A stretch of DNA of 10,762 nucleotides from an uncultured archaeon (GCA_964632315.1 CAZWEM010000079.1:1-10762); one strand, 5' to 3'; numbered from the stretch's first letter, positions 1 through 7,194 are shown. The notes: generated by a model not told the origin, from the letters alone. Translations and numbers: made by a program.

Positions 1-538
1 GCTAAGAGATGTCTGGGGTGACACGGAGCGGTTCAAATCCACCTATCTAAATCGATATCCGGGGCATTACTATACGGGAGATGGCGCGAGACGAGATGAA
101 GACGGTTATTATTGGATCTTAGGTCGACTTGATGATGTCATCAAGGTATCAGGTCACCGCATCGGAACGATGGAAGTGGAATCAGCTATAGTGAGCCATC
201 CAAAAGTGGCAGAAGCTGCAGTTGCTCCATTCCCACACAAGATTAAGGGGCAAGCAATCTGGGCATTCGTTACACTACTAAGTGGAATCGAGAAATCCGA
301 GGAATTAAGGAAGGATATCAAGATGCACGTGCGGAAGGAAATTGGACCCGTATTCCAACCAGATGTGGTTCAATTTGCAGATGATCTCCCCAAAACGAGA
401 AGTGGAAAAATCATGCGCCGTATCTTGAAAGCTATCGCGTCCGGTACGGAGATTGGAAATGTCACAACGCTAGCCGATCCTTCAGTGGTAGATGATCTAT
501 TAGCAGAACGCAAGAAACTAGATGTTGAAGTAGGATAA
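1..538 (+). CDS. acs: Acetyl-CoA synthetase (AMP-forming), 3' part; the gene starts upstream of the window
   Basis: The frame is open from base 2 ([62 protein letters not shown]...), so the ATG at 170 is internal. It carries the ACS motifs YYTGDG, [15 protein letters not shown], [12 protein letters not shown] (catalytic/acetylated Lys) and TTLADPSVV. Confidence 0.95.
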   Translation, partial: LRDVWGDTERFKSTYLNRYPGHYYTGDGARRDEDGYYWILGRLDDVIKVSGHRIGTMEVESAIVSHPKVAEAAVAPFPHKIKGQAIWAFVTLLSGIEKSEELRKDIKMHVRKEIGPVFQPDVVQFADDLPKTRSGKIMRRILKAIASGTEIGNVTTLADPSVVDDLLAERKKLDVEVG

Positions 539-540
539 TT

Positions 541-586
541 AATCTTTAACTTTTATTTTTTCTTTTAATTTTATTTATTTTTTTTA
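541..586 (+). terminator. T-rich tract, likely archaeal terminator of acs
   Basis: Several oligo-T runs immediately follow the acs TAA. Confidence 0.55.
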
Positions 587-823
587 GTGTATTTCTCATA
601 TAGTTTATATAGCCCAGACTTAATCTCAATAATACTTTTACCTACTAATTTTGAAACTGTATTTTTACATAGTAGTATTAAAAATTAAAAATTTTTTTTT
701 ATGATGGACTTCATACAATTCAGATATTCTCACATGATTCACTAGGTGAGAAATATGCTTCGGAACTACGCCATTTTACCATGAATGACTTATAGTGGTA
801 ATTTTTTGCTGGTTGAATTCATA

Positions 824-2233
824 TTAGGGGAATTGGTTAGTTGTAGCGCCTCCTATAACATTTAAAGCTCCAGCATTAAGATAAAAACTGTAATCATTAG
901 CATGAGCAACATTACCATATATAATGCTGTTGTCTCCACCCGCTCCAATTCCAAATCCATATGCATCATTGCTAACATCAGCGTTAGTGCATGAATAAAC
1001 TCCATTTCCACTAATAGTACAGTATTGAGTATTAATATATATACCATATCGATTACCAGAGTAATTCGCTGCTAAATTTTTGACTATATTTCCCGAAATA
1101 ACCGAATTATCACCATTGCTGGTCACTGTAATTCCACCATAAAAAACATCCTTAACATAATTACTTGTAATTAAAGTATGAGGTCTCGTTACAAATATTC
1201 CTGAATCACAGTTCTGAATGGAGTTTTCTGAGAGTATATTATCCCCACCCGTAATACCAGCATATATCCCATATTGAGCGTATGAAATGTGATTATTAGA
1301 GACAACATTATCGTAACCATTTAAACTAATTCCAGCTTGGGGTATACCACTAATATGGTTTTCTGATACAATATTGTCATTACTACCTCCACCAAATATA
1401 TAAATAGCAGGAAAAGCCGCCGATAATGAATATATTTCATTTCTTATTATTGTATTATTACAGGAATATGAAAGTTCAATGCCACGATCTGTATTATTTA
1501 GCAGGTTATCAGTGATCCTATTATAATCACTACTACTGCCCAAATATATTGCAAAGTCTGAACAAGCTTCAAATTTATTGCCATGAATATTATTATAATC
1601 CCCATTAATAGACACGGCATATGAAACACAACCAGAAATGACATTATAAGAAATATCTGCATAATTTCCACCACTATTAGGTTGGTAGATAGCTTGATAA
1701 ATTTGATTCATATAGCAATTCTTAACTCTGATATTATCTGATAAAATATTTATTCCCATACCAGCGGTACCTGATATTCGTGTAATTTGAACATTTTCAA
1801 TGTAAACTGGATTATTATTAATTTCCTCTATGTTAATTATTGCCTTCGAATTTGTTATCACATCTGTAACATTTAATATTAAATTTTGAATTCTACAGTA
1901 AGCAGCATTCGAGATATTAAATGACATCCAATCACCTTCAGAATGAATAGTTATAGCTGGACTTTGCCCTTGAATTACATAAGACCCCCCACCATTGACA
2001 TTTATTTCTCCATTTAGTGTAATATCATTTGTTATAGTTATTACGCCACTTTCATTACCAATAGAATCTAATGTTTGTTGAAGCTCTAAAGCTGAAGCAC
2101 AATAATAACCTGGAGGTCCTTGGATTTCTCCAACATTTAAATCGCTTATAAATACATATCCTCCAAGCCCTAATCCCGCAACGCTCAGAATAATTGCTAA
2201 AATTCCAACTATGTTACTTTTACTTTTACTCAT
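824..2233 (-). CDS. Membrane-anchored right-handed parallel beta-helix protein (NosD / pectin-lyase-like fold)
   Basis: 469 aa. N-terminal hydrophobic helix (IVGILAIILSVAGLGLGGYVFI), a short QGPPG linker, then many Asn/Gly/Ile-rich ~22-aa repeats (e.g. GISLNGYDNVVSNNHIS, NSVISGNIV). An SD-like AAGGAG lies 7 nt upstream of the ATG. Confidence 0.85.
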   Translation of the reverse strand: MSKSKSNIVGILAIILSVAGLGLGGYVFISDLNVGEIQGPPGYYCASALELQQTLDSIGNESGVITITNDITLNGEINVNGGGSYVIQGQSPAITIHSEGDWMSFNISNAAYCRIQNLILNVTDVITNSKAIINIEEINNNPVYIENVQITRISGTAGMGINILSDNIRVKNCYMNQIYQAIYQPNSGGNYADISYNVISGCVSYAVSINGDYNNIHGNKFEACSDFAIYLGSSSDYNRITDNLLNNTDRGIELSYSCNNTIIRNEIYSLSAAFPAIYIFGGGSNDNIVSENHISGIPQAGISLNGYDNVVSNNHISYAQYGIYAGITGGDNILSENSIQNCDSGIFVTRPHTLITSNYVKDVFYGGITVTSNGDNSVISGNIVKNLAANYSGNRYGIYINTQYCTISGNGVYSCTNADVSNDAYGFGIGAGGDNSIIYGNVAHANDYSFYLNAGALNVIGGATTNQFP

Positions 2234-2487
2234 ATTCTTACTCCTTTTTATTTTTTAATAGATTTAATTCTTAATTTCTTTTCTTGTTAGTTGATTTAAT
2301 TGTCATTATTTAATTATTTATTGATTAAAAAGCATTCTAAGATCTCTTACATATTCGTCAATAGAGCAAATCAGTCAAAGTTATAATCTAAATGTAATAT
2401 CTCTAAATTTTCCGATTGAAGAACAGACTCTCATTAAAGACGATCATTTCATTTGCTCAACGAAATCATATAAATATTAAAGATGTT

Positions 2488-2526
2488 TTAGCAGAACGCA
2501 AGAAACTGGATGTCGAAGTAGGTTAA
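2488..2526 (+). repeat. Displaced copy 1 of the acs 3' end (direct repeat of 500-538; encodes [12 protein letters not shown]-stop)
   Basis: 36/39 nt identical to 500-538. The three differences are all synonymous (CTA>CTG, GTT>GTC, GGA>GGT). It has its own T-tract downstream. Confidence 0.95.
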
Positions 2527-2530
2527 GCAA

Positions 2531-2550
2531 TTATTTTTTTTTCTTTTTTT
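2531..2550 (+). terminator. T-tract after the displaced acs end, likely a former acs terminator
   Basis: ttatttttttttcttttttt starts 5 nt after the TAA of copy 1. Confidence 0.45.
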
Positions 2551-2571
2551 AAAATTAATGATATTTAATAC

Positions 2572-2973
2572 CTACCAAGATCTAAGCTCTAACTTAAAAA
2601 TTTCTCTAAATTTTAAATTTGTGGAAAAAATAATGTTAGTCTTATATTTTTTGCAGGTCATTGCTATAATTTCATCGAGTAGTTCATGACTTTCGGTGTT
2701 ATTTAGCATCAATTTAATAATTTTTAAATCAAATTCATCAATAATAACATTTTCAGAAGCTTCCCATCGAGCCAGAGCTTTTTTGAATGCATTAATCTTT
2801 CCTGCTTTTCTCATTTTCCATAATAACTCTGAGATTGCGATGGTAGGAATAATCACCATGATATCTCCTTTAATAACGTCATCTTTCAGTTCTCGAAGCA
2901 GGGGAGGGATTTTTTCATAATCGTAATGAAAGTAGAATAAAACTTGAGCGTCAACTACTACAATCTGGCTCAT
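2572..2973 (-). CDS. PIN-domain (VapC-like) toxin
   Basis: 133 aa. VVVDAQV near the N-terminus, IIPTIAISELL and HELLDEIIAMT provide three PIN acidic residues. The fourth (TxD) position reads STN. It lies 3 nt downstream of an AbrB-type gene. Confidence 0.8.
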   Translation of the reverse strand: MSQIVVVDAQVLFYFHYDYEKIPPLLRELKDDVIKGDIMVIIPTIAISELLWKMRKAGKINAFKKALARWEASENVIIDEFDLKIIKLMLNNTESHELLDEIIAMTCKKYKTNIIFSTNLKFREIFKLELRSW

Positions 2974-2976
2974 TAG

Positions 2977-3246
2977 TCACTCACTTGGAAATAATGATTT
3001 TTTGGCTTCTTTTAATTCATCTTCCGTAAAAGGTGATACACCCTCAAATAGGTTATCATTAATTTCAAGGGGATGGATCTTTTTTTTGATTAAAATCGTC
3101 TTGTCCTCTTTTAATTCCATCTCAATTTCATTTTTATCCTTGATTGCCAGTTTATCTCTCCATTCCTTAGGGATTACGATTCTCCCATTTGAAGAAACTT
3201 TTTGAGTAATCTTTTCTGTCATAAACATTTCACATTCAATTGTCAT
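2977..3246 (-). CDS. AbrB/MazE/SpoVT-family DNA-binding antitoxin (start may be 3246, 3228 or 3222)
   Basis: KVSSNGRIVIPKEWRDKLAIKDKNEIEMELKEDKTILIKK is a typical AbrB swapped-hairpin motif. It has an acidic C-terminal tail and is coupled to a PIN gene. Confidence 0.9.
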   Translation of the reverse strand: MTIECEMFMTEKITQKVSSNGRIVIPKEWRDKLAIKDKNEIEMELKEDKTILIKKKIHPLEINDNLFEGVSPFTEDELKEAKKSLFPSE

Positions 3247-3280
3247 TCTAACAATGTGAATGACATTTAATATATTTTGC
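3229..3280 (-). promoter_or_regulatory. TATA-like box plus overlapping inverted-repeat operators for TA pair 1
   Basis: The minus strand reads gcaaaa-TATATTAAA, about 25 nt before the ATG at 3246. Perfect inverted repeats are TGTCATTC (3241-3248) / GAATGACA (3258-3265) and TTCACATT (3229-3236) / AATGTGAA (3253-3260). Confidence 0.6.
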
Positions 3281-3362
3281 GATCAAATATTACTTGACCA
3301 TCTTTTTTAAAATAACTATTTATAAAAGCTCATCCTACCTTATCGAATTAACGACGATTTTG

Positions 3363-3410
3363 GCATCGGGTACTGAAATCGGAAATGTCACGACGTTAGT
3401 GGATCCTTCC
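3363..3410 (+). repeat. Displaced copy 2 of acs near-3' sequence (homologous to 437-484; encodes [16 protein letters not shown])
   Basis: 38/48 nt and 15/16 aa identical to acs [16 protein letters not shown]. Eight codons differ synonymously and one differs non-synonymously (GCC>GTG). Confidence 0.92.
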
Positions 3411-3441
3411 ACAATGTTAGTTTTCGCAATCATCAGATAGG

Positions 3442-3464
3442 TTTTTAAGTCACTAAGTCACTAA
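3442..3464 (+). promoter_or_regulatory. TATA-like box and tandem direct-repeat operator for TA pair 2 (probably a leaderless transcript)
   Basis: TTTTTAA at 3442-3448 lies about 25 nt before the ATG at 3471. TAAGTCAC-TAAGTCAC-TAA occupies 3446-3464. Confidence 0.55.
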
Positions 3465-3470
3465 ATTATT

Positions 3471-3755
3471 ATGGCAACTATAAAATTTGATCGTCAAGAT
3501 GAATTAGATGAGCTTATAGCTCGCGTGTATTTAGATACTAATAAAAAATTCACTAAAAAAGATCTTTTAGAAATTATTTTCGAATTAGGCATCCAGGACT
3601 ATCATGCTTTACTTGAGAAGATAAATACCATGGAACAATCAGATTCAAAGGACCTAAGAAGGGAATTTATCAAAAAATTTTCAGGATCAATTTCAGTTTC
3701 AAATCCAGATGAGATTGAACCTAAATCAATTTGGGAAAAAGATTTAGAGGATTAA
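3471..3755 (+). CDS. Putative VapB-type antitoxin (ribbon-helix-helix-like N-terminus)
   Basis: 94 aa. MATIKFD strand followed by two helices (ELDELIARVYL, KKDLLEIIFELG) and an acidic tail. It ends 1 nt before a PIN gene. Confidence 0.7.
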   Translation: MATIKFDRQDELDELIARVYLDTNKKFTKKDLLEIIFELGIQDYHALLEKINTMEQSDSKDLRREFIKKFSGSISVSNPDEIEPKSIWEKDLED

Positions 3756-3756
3756 C

Positions 3757-4188
3757 ATGACGAGATTTTTCCTTGATACTAATATATTATGGTGGTATTT
3801 CGTCAAAAACTCAAAATATCATCAATCAATAAAAATTTACATGGATAAACTAATAATGGATGATCAAAATTCCTTTATAATAAATGAGTTCGTTGTTATT
3901 GAATTATATCATTTACTTATCAAGAAAAAAGGGGAAGATGGATTTAAAATTGCATCCTTGTTACTCAATGAAAGATATCCATTTTTAGAAGTTAAATATG
4001 ATGTACTTCATGTATCTGATTTGAAGGCAGTATTGAAGAATTTATATAAATATGGGATAACAAGTTCAATTGGTGGAAGAGATTCTACGATTATTTACAC
4101 CATGAATCGGCATAAAGTGAAAAATATTATTACAAACGATAAAGGATTTGAAAAAGTCGAGTCTCTACTTGTTCACAATCCCTTATAA
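3757..4188 (+). CDS. vapC: PIN-domain VapC toxin
   Basis: Canonical motifs FFLDTNIL, VVIELYH, GGRDSTII and IITNDKGF, with all four acidic residues present. Confidence 0.9.
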   Translation: MTRFFLDTNILWWYFVKNSKYHQSIKIYMDKLIMDDQNSFIINEFVVIELYHLLIKKKGEDGFKIASLLLNERYPFLEVKYDVLHVSDLKAVLKNLYKYGITSSIGGRDSTIIYTMNRHKVKNIITNDKGFEKVESLLVHNPL

Positions 4189-4205
4189 ATTGATAAATAA
4201 TTAGA

Positions 4206-4334
4206 ATGATAAAAATAATGATAAAAATAATTAGCCTGAACCCGAATAACGCAGCTTATAAAACATCTCAAGATAATCGAGCTAATCAATTAAACCCGAA
4301 TAATGAAGAGTATGAAGGAGAGTCTGAAGATTAA
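4206..4334 (+). CDS. Small 42-aa ORF or gene 3' remnant with two LNPNN repeats (not in the ORF track)
   Basis: Reads MIKIMIKIISLNPNNAAYKTSQDNRANQLNPNNEEYEGESED*. AACCCGAATAA is repeated at 4239 and 4293, a 54-nt / 18-codon period. A hairpin and T-tract follow. Confidence 0.5.
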   Translation: MIKIMIKIISLNPNNAAYKTSQDNRANQLNPNNEEYEGESED

Positions 4335-4381
4335 GGAAAGGAACTCAACCCTTAATTATTTTTTTTAGCTTTTTTTATTTT
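4331..4381 (+). terminator. Hairpin plus T-tract terminator
   Basis: TTAAGG...CCTTAA inverted repeat followed by two long T runs. Confidence 0.5.
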
Positions 4382-4499
4382 CATACACTTATCTCCTAAA
4401 TATTGTAGGATAAGAATAAAATATAAATAACCCAATTTTTATTTACTTTAGAGATGCGAAAATAATGAATATTACAGACATCTACGAAGACTGATCCGC

Positions 4500-5010
4500 T
4501 TGTATGACGCAGTGTTTAAGATCGTGGTATTTGGAGATTTCACTAACAAGAAAGAAACTTGTAATGGATAGATTTGTTCGCCCAATTGATTCCTCAGAGG
4601 CAAAAATGACAATAGGAGTGGACTTCATATCCAAGAGTCTTGTTGTCGATAATCAGAAGGTTAAACTTGGGATATGGAATTTTAGTGGGGAACGATTTCG
4701 CCATCTATTTCCTATCTATTGTCGGGGTGCACGAGGAGGTCTCTTCATGTTCGACACTACTTACCATGAATCCATAGCCCATGTTGATGATTGGCTGACA
4801 ATCATTAAAAAGGAAATTAAAGTATTATTTCCAATAATTTGCGTTGGCCTTACATCAAAAGATAATAATAATCGTGAGGTTTCAATTGAAGAAGGCATTA
4901 AAATAGCAAGATCTCGAGGGTTAGATGGATATATTGAATATGATGTGGAAACGGGGGAAAATATGGAAAAAATGTTCCACGCATTAGTTCAATTGATGCT
5001 TGCCGAGTAA
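4500..5010 (+). pseudogene. Rab-like small GTPase (Asgard type), frameshifted in the P-loop region, with degenerate G motifs
   Basis: The frame from TTG 4500 gives (M)YDAVFKIVVFGDFTNKKETCNG* (TAG at 4569), a typical small-GTPase N-terminus. The body (LVMDRF...MTIGVDF...KVKLGIWNFSGERFR...YCRGARG...TGENMEKMF) is in the +1 frame, which is the listed ORF 4504-5010, whose first ~15 aa look spurious. Confidence 0.75.
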
Positions 5011-5119
5011 ATCATGAATTTTCCTTTTTTTCTACTAATTGCCCTTTATATAGAGTCGTTTTAAAGCCATTCATGATGGTACTATTCTCTCTGTTTTATC
5101 CAATTTCTCTTTTTTTTTA

Positions 5120-6256
5120 TTAGCACCAGACTGGTGGTGTATATTTTTTTAAGGGTAAATTAATTATTTTTTGAGTTCGAGAAGATTCATATGACGCTAA
5201 AACCAGTTCCAAAGCTGCCCTACCATCATATATCGTTGGAATCCATTTTTCTGGAAATCCAACATCATCGTTTGAAACATCTAATGCTTGGTTTATAAAT
5301 GATCGAACCTCGCGTGCGTAAGAAAGATTCCATTTATCCTTAGGCAGTTCTTTTCCTATATTTTTCATGCTTTTTCTCCTAGTTTGTTGTTGAATCTTCA
5401 TTGGTTCTACGAAATAGGCGTGAGGAACCTCAAAAAAATAATTCCCTTTTGTTCCGTGTATCCTTCCTTTTTCTTCTCCGAATGGGTCTCCAAATATGGC
5501 TTGCGAACGTTCAAAAGATGCCGTTATGTTCTCATTTTTAAATGTTAAAATTATATTCATGTGATCTTCATTAACCCTACTTTGATTAATCCGCCGAACT
5601 TGAGCGTACACACTTTTTATATCACCAAACCACCATCTTAGCAAATCAAAATAATGGGGTCCGTGATCAAGTAAGTCTCCACCACCACAGCGCTCATCTA
5701 ACATCCTCCACATTCTTCCACCTTCAATTAGTTCTTTCTTTGGATTTGGTCCGAGATCAGGTATAGAATGATACCAAAAAATTGAAACATGAAAGATATC
5801 TCCAATTGTTTTTTTCATAATCTGTTCTTTAATATATTGAAAAGCATGATCAAATCTTTTTTGAGTAGCAGTTTGAAACAAAATTTTATTTTTCTCTACA
5901 GCCTTAATCATTTTATCAACTTCTTCTAAATTTAAACCAAGAGGTTTTTCACATAAAACATGTTTTCCATTTTCAGCGGCTCTGAGAACTTGATTAAGAT
6001 GAGCCCAGTGAGGAGAACAAATACTAACAGCATCTATATCGGGATCATCGAGTAATTCGTCAGGATTAGTATATACCTTAGGAACATTATACAAATCTTG
6101 AACTTCTTTAAGATGAGCCTTTACGGGATCAGCAATAGCTATAATTTCTGAGAGTGGGGATTTTTGATAAGTTGGTAAATGCCCGATTTTTGCAGCATCC
6201 CCGCACCCCACCACACCAACTCTTAATTTTTTCTTTGGCATAATTAATATCTTCAA
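5120..6256 (-). CDS. Gfo/Idh/MocA-family NAD(P)-dependent oxidoreductase (likely start is ATG 6241, MPKKKL)
   Basis: RVGVVGCG Rossmann motif, DAVSICSPHWAH, GKHVLCEKP, GGGDLLDHGPHYFDL. Confidence 0.93.
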   Translation of the reverse strand: MKILIMPKKKLRVGVVGCGDAAKIGHLPTYQKSPLSEIIAIADPVKAHLKEVQDLYNVPKVYTNPDELLDDPDIDAVSICSPHWAHLNQVLRAAENGKHVLCEKPLGLNLEEVDKMIKAVEKNKILFQTATQKRFDHAFQYIKEQIMKKTIGDIFHVSIFWYHSIPDLGPNPKKELIEGGRMWRMLDERCGGGDLLDHGPHYFDLLRWWFGDIKSVYAQVRRINQSRVNEDHMNIILTFKNENITASFERSQAIFGDPFGEEKGRIHGTKGNYFFEVPHAYFVEPMKIQQQTRRKSMKNIGKELPKDKWNLSYAREVRSFINQALDVSNDDVGFPEKWIPTIYDGRAALELVLASYESSRTQKIINLPLKKYTPPVWC

Positions 6257-6351
6257 AGCAAGAAAATAAAAAAACTTTATTTAGATACTTAATCTATATA
6301 CTAAAGATCTTTAGAATTCATAATAAAACAAACTGTTCATGAGAGATTGAT

Positions 6352-7041
6352 ATGAAAGAGCCCATGTTTAAGAATATGACCCTAATAGATTTATCTGTTC
6401 CAATCTATAATGATGCTCCAATTTGGAGTGCTGAACCCCGGTGTATCGTTCATAACTGGTTTATTATAGGTCGAAATAGAGGACAAGAAGAAAGAATAAA
6501 CATGAAGTATTTTTGCATGTCTGGTCACCAAGGAACTCACATAGATGCTCCTTACCACCTCAATAATGAAGGAGTTAAGCTTGATGAAATCCCTTTAAAT
6601 AGATTTATGGGTTGGTGCAAGGTTCTAGATTTCACGGATAAAAAACTAGGAGATCACTATCAACCTGATGATTTTATTAAAAAAAATATCCAAAAAGGTG
6701 ATAATATTCTAATTCATACAGGATGGGACAAATATTTTGATCCTTTTGATGAGAAATATTTTAACATGGATCATCCACATTTTTCAGAGGACGCAATAAA
6801 TTGGATTTTAGATAATAAAATTGGAATCCTGGGCATGGATACCCCCAGTACGGATCCTGCTCTAATAGACCATCCAAAAATATTCAAAAATAGGGAAGAT
6901 TTTCCGATTGTTATAGAATTATTGACTAATCTCGACAAAATCGTTGATAAAGAAGTCTATCTGATCGCATTACCTATTAATGTTAAAGAAGGGGATGGTG
7001 CATGGATACGTGCCGTGTGTTTTGTTCCAAACGATTCTTAA
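6352..7041 (+). CDS. Cyclase-family metal-dependent hydrolase (kynurenine formamidase KynB-like)
   Basis: LIDLSVPI, the signature HQGTHIDAPYH (HxGTHxDxPxH), LIHTGW, GMDTPSTD, IELLTNLD and ALPINVKEGDGAWIRA. Confidence 0.92.
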   Translation: MKEPMFKNMTLIDLSVPIYNDAPIWSAEPRCIVHNWFIIGRNRGQEERINMKYFCMSGHQGTHIDAPYHLNNEGVKLDEIPLNRFMGWCKVLDFTDKKLGDHYQPDDFIKKNIQKGDNILIHTGWDKYFDPFDEKYFNMDHPHFSEDAINWILDNKIGILGMDTPSTDPALIDHPKIFKNREDFPIVIELLTNLDKIVDKEVYLIALPINVKEGDGAWIRAVCFVPNDS

Positions 7042-7194
7042 AAAAAGAGAAATCATTTCCGTGCATCATTCAAGATATCAAAACGAAATTCGAGCATAAC
7101 TTGATCTATATATAATAATAAATTATTATAGAATTTCACTAGAAGGCGTTTTAACAGAAGCTAAGTTCTCATCGAATCTCTTTCTTCCATAGAA

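Noticed and set aside
862-1047. 61-aa ORF on the minus strand
   Set aside because: It is an alternate frame inside the well-supported beta-helix gene and has no recognisable motif.
2364-2458. GAGCAAAT/ATTTGCTC inverted repeat as a possible MITE; similarly ATCATGAAT/ATTCATGAT at 5011-5077
   Set aside because: These are only 8-9 bp in AT-rich DNA, with no target-site duplication or second copy, so they are compatible with chance.
2696-3205. Plus-strand ORFs 2696-2920 and 3002-3205
   Set aside because: They are antisense shadows of the PIN and AbrB genes, with the Ser/Phe/Ile-rich composition typical of shadows.
437-3410. Diversity-generating retroelement TR/VR pair as an explanation for the acs copies
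   Set aside because: The mismatches follow codon third positions rather than adenines, and no reverse transcriptase is present in the window.
4195-4303. CRISPR-like repeats
   Set aside because: There are only two 11-nt copies, at an in-frame spacing that a peptide repeat explains, plus a 12-bp tandem duplication. There is no repeat-spacer array or cas gene.
4465-4506. Selenocysteine readthrough of TGA 4492 joining ATG 4465 to the GTPase ORF
   Set aside because: That frame is not the one encoding the conserved FKIVVFGD strand, the site has no redox-motif context, and I identified no SECIS.
539-5119. Integron cassette array (TA-rich, short modules, some hairpins)
   Set aside because: I found no recurring attC-like RYYYAAC...GTTRRRY sites between genes. 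Gene orientations are mixed and no integrase is present in the window.
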